From contig NC_058368.1 of NCBI RefSeq assembly GCF_018350175.1, positions 102,860,001 through 102,924,000 on the forward strand: a DNA stretch of 64,000 nucleotides, read 5' to 3'. The position numbers and the translations under genes were made by a program. Position 1 is the stretch's first letter; each line of letters starts with the position of its first letter. Source of the stretch: Felis catus (Eukaryota). A model generated the notes under the pieces. It saw only the letters and a program-made list of their open reading frames with translations. It had not been told where the DNA came from and ran no database searches. Shown piece after piece: positions 62,116 to 64,000 of this stretch.

Positions 62116-62560
62116 AGAGACGAATTTTTAAATTTCTTGGTAATTTTATCTCAAAAGACCAAAAGCTCTCGACGTGGGAGAAAGCAATCGAGGAAGAAGG
62201 CATGGTCCTATCTTAGAGCTTTGCCTGATGGGAATGGAACAGAAGGATCTCTAAGTAGATGTATTTGTACACAGACATACACATAAAACGAAGCAAAGAG
62301 AAGGTCTGATTTCCCTTTGAGGAGACTCCCTCATGCTTTTGACTTTATTGTGATTTAATGTTCAAGTCAAACCTCTAAAGCCACTCCTGGGCCTTACTTT
62401 GTGAAAGTCCAGGAGGAATTCAGACGTTCTGCTAGTCAGTGATAAAAAGGAGACCAAGCCTATCCATCCTCTTGAAAATGGGAATTGAAGCTGGACACTA
62501 AGTTGTTTTGAGTGCCTGCAGGAGGCCACCAATTGTTATAGAGTATTCTATTCATGTTTC

Positions 62561-62796
62561 TTTTCTTTTTTTTTTTTTTTTAATTTTTTTTTTCAATGTT
62601 TATTTATTTTTGGGACAGAGAGAGACAGAGCATGAACGGGGGAGGGGCAGAGAGAGAGGGAGACACAGAATCAGAAACAGGCTCCAGGCTCTGAGCCGTC
62701 AGCCCAGAGCCCGATGTGGGGCTCGAACTCACGGACCCCGAGATCGTGACCTGGCTGAAGTCGGACGCTTAACTGACTGCGCCACCCAGGCGCCCC
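62561..62796 (-). mobile_element. CanSINE, young variant
   Basis: 14-bp TSD TCTATTCATGTTTC. Confidence 0.96.
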
Positions 62797-63294
62797 TCTA
62801 TTCATGTTTCAACGAACTTGAGATGGACAGAGAGTTCTTCCACCTGAAAATTGTTTAGACATGCTGAGTAACACTTTTAATGTATCTGTTGCATTCTCCT
62901 GGATTTACTTAGTTTGACCTGAGTGGCTATTTACCTAGCAATGTCTCTTTAGGTTTGTAATTCAAATTGAGTGGAAAAAAAAAATAGAGTTTACCCACAC
63001 ATTGACCTCCGGACTCCAGTTAAGTCCTTGTGCCTGCAGAAGATGTCCATAGCTAAAACTACTATATGAGTAAAGAGTAAAGGAGGATACAGGATGAATG
63101 TAATCATTGTATTGAAGAAGCAAACTTAGTTCTTGGTTTGTGACTGATTCAGAGAGTAAGGGTCAGCATCCATCCTTTGGCCAAATATTGGCACCAAAAA
63201 GTTGAATTCATAACATTATGCCCCTATTTCAATGATTTAGCCTCAGAGAGAAAAAAACCTTGCAGCTATGCTCATCCCATACTACCGTACCCAC

Positions 63295-63297
63295 CCA

Positions 63298-63346
<49 letters not shown>

Positions 63347-63359
63347 TCATACACACACA
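63295..63359. repeat. (CA)n microsatellite
   Basis: Direct observation. Confidence 0.97.
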
Positions 63360-63562
63360 TTGGCGCATGTTTTACAAATATAAATCCAAGTACGAATGAG
63401 GTCATTAGGTTCATTCATTCATGTCAGGTATGGGGCTATAGGTATTAGGTCTATAGCAGTGATTCTCGCAGATAGGGTCTTTTGAAGCTTATAGTCTGGA
63501 AGACTGAACTCTCAGGAAAATAAAGGCCAAGATTTGGAGCTCACCTTGATTTTTCTACTCTA

Positions 63563-63781
63563 TTTTTTTTAAGTTTATTTATTCATTTTGAGAGATGGGG
63601 GCGGGGAGAGAGAGAATGAGCAGGGGACAGGCAGAGAAAGAGGGAGTGAGTGAGAATCTCCAGCGGGCTCCCCACTGTCAGCCCAGAGCCCCACACAGGG
63701 CTCGAACTTACAAACCGTGAGATCCTGACCTGATCCTGATGAACAGTGGGACGCCTAAATGACTGAGTCACCCAGGCGCCC
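63563..63781 (-). mobile_element. Older CanSINE
   Basis: 15-bp TSD TGATTTTTCTACTCT. Confidence 0.93.
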
Positions 63782-64000
63782 TGATTTTTCTACTCTTAAA
63801 GCAGTAAACTTAGGGGAGAGAAAAACCAACCCCATGTCCATATGTTTCTTAGAGTTTCGGAATATATGTATTTCCTGGGTTTTGAAACTCTTTAATATTG
63901 ACTTAAAAAATGATTATGGTTAAACTTTTCTTTCACTATTAAAAATGCTTTGATTCTTATATGTGTCTGTTACCTTAACTGAAGATTCACAAATATATTT

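Noticed and set aside
289..63771. Many similar ORFs (GAWVAQSVKRPTSAQV..., RETEHERGRGRERGRHRI...)
   Set aside because: All are CanSINE translations, not a gene family

Overview
This is non-coding mammalian DNA from a felid (cat-lineage) genome, either intergenic or deep intronic. The lineage call rests on about 33 tRNA-derived CanSINEs of the SINEC_Fc type (head GGGGCGCCTGGGTGGCTCAGTCGGTTAAG, (CT)n, A-rich tail, most with target-site duplications) and a cat-type L1 3' end. Older eutherian repeats are also present: L1M/L1_Carn, L2, MIR, MLT1/MLT2/MER21 LTRs, Tigger2, MER5A, MER58A and MER96B, plus microsatellites. I recognise no protein-coding gene, structural RNA gene or CRISPR array; the ORF track is explained by repeats and chance. 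Structures the repeats do not explain: (1) a ~215-bp, ~90%-identical inverted duplication at 53098-53312 / 54498-54711; (2) an 84-nt three-stem hairpin at 57182-57265; (3) several minus-strand segments with strong splice sites, two of which join in one open frame; (4) a small CpG/E-box cluster at ~48.5-48.8 kb between two inverted SINE pairs. None is demonstrated to be a new system. Repeat family names are from memory of consensus sequences, not a search, and boundaries of old repeats are approximate.
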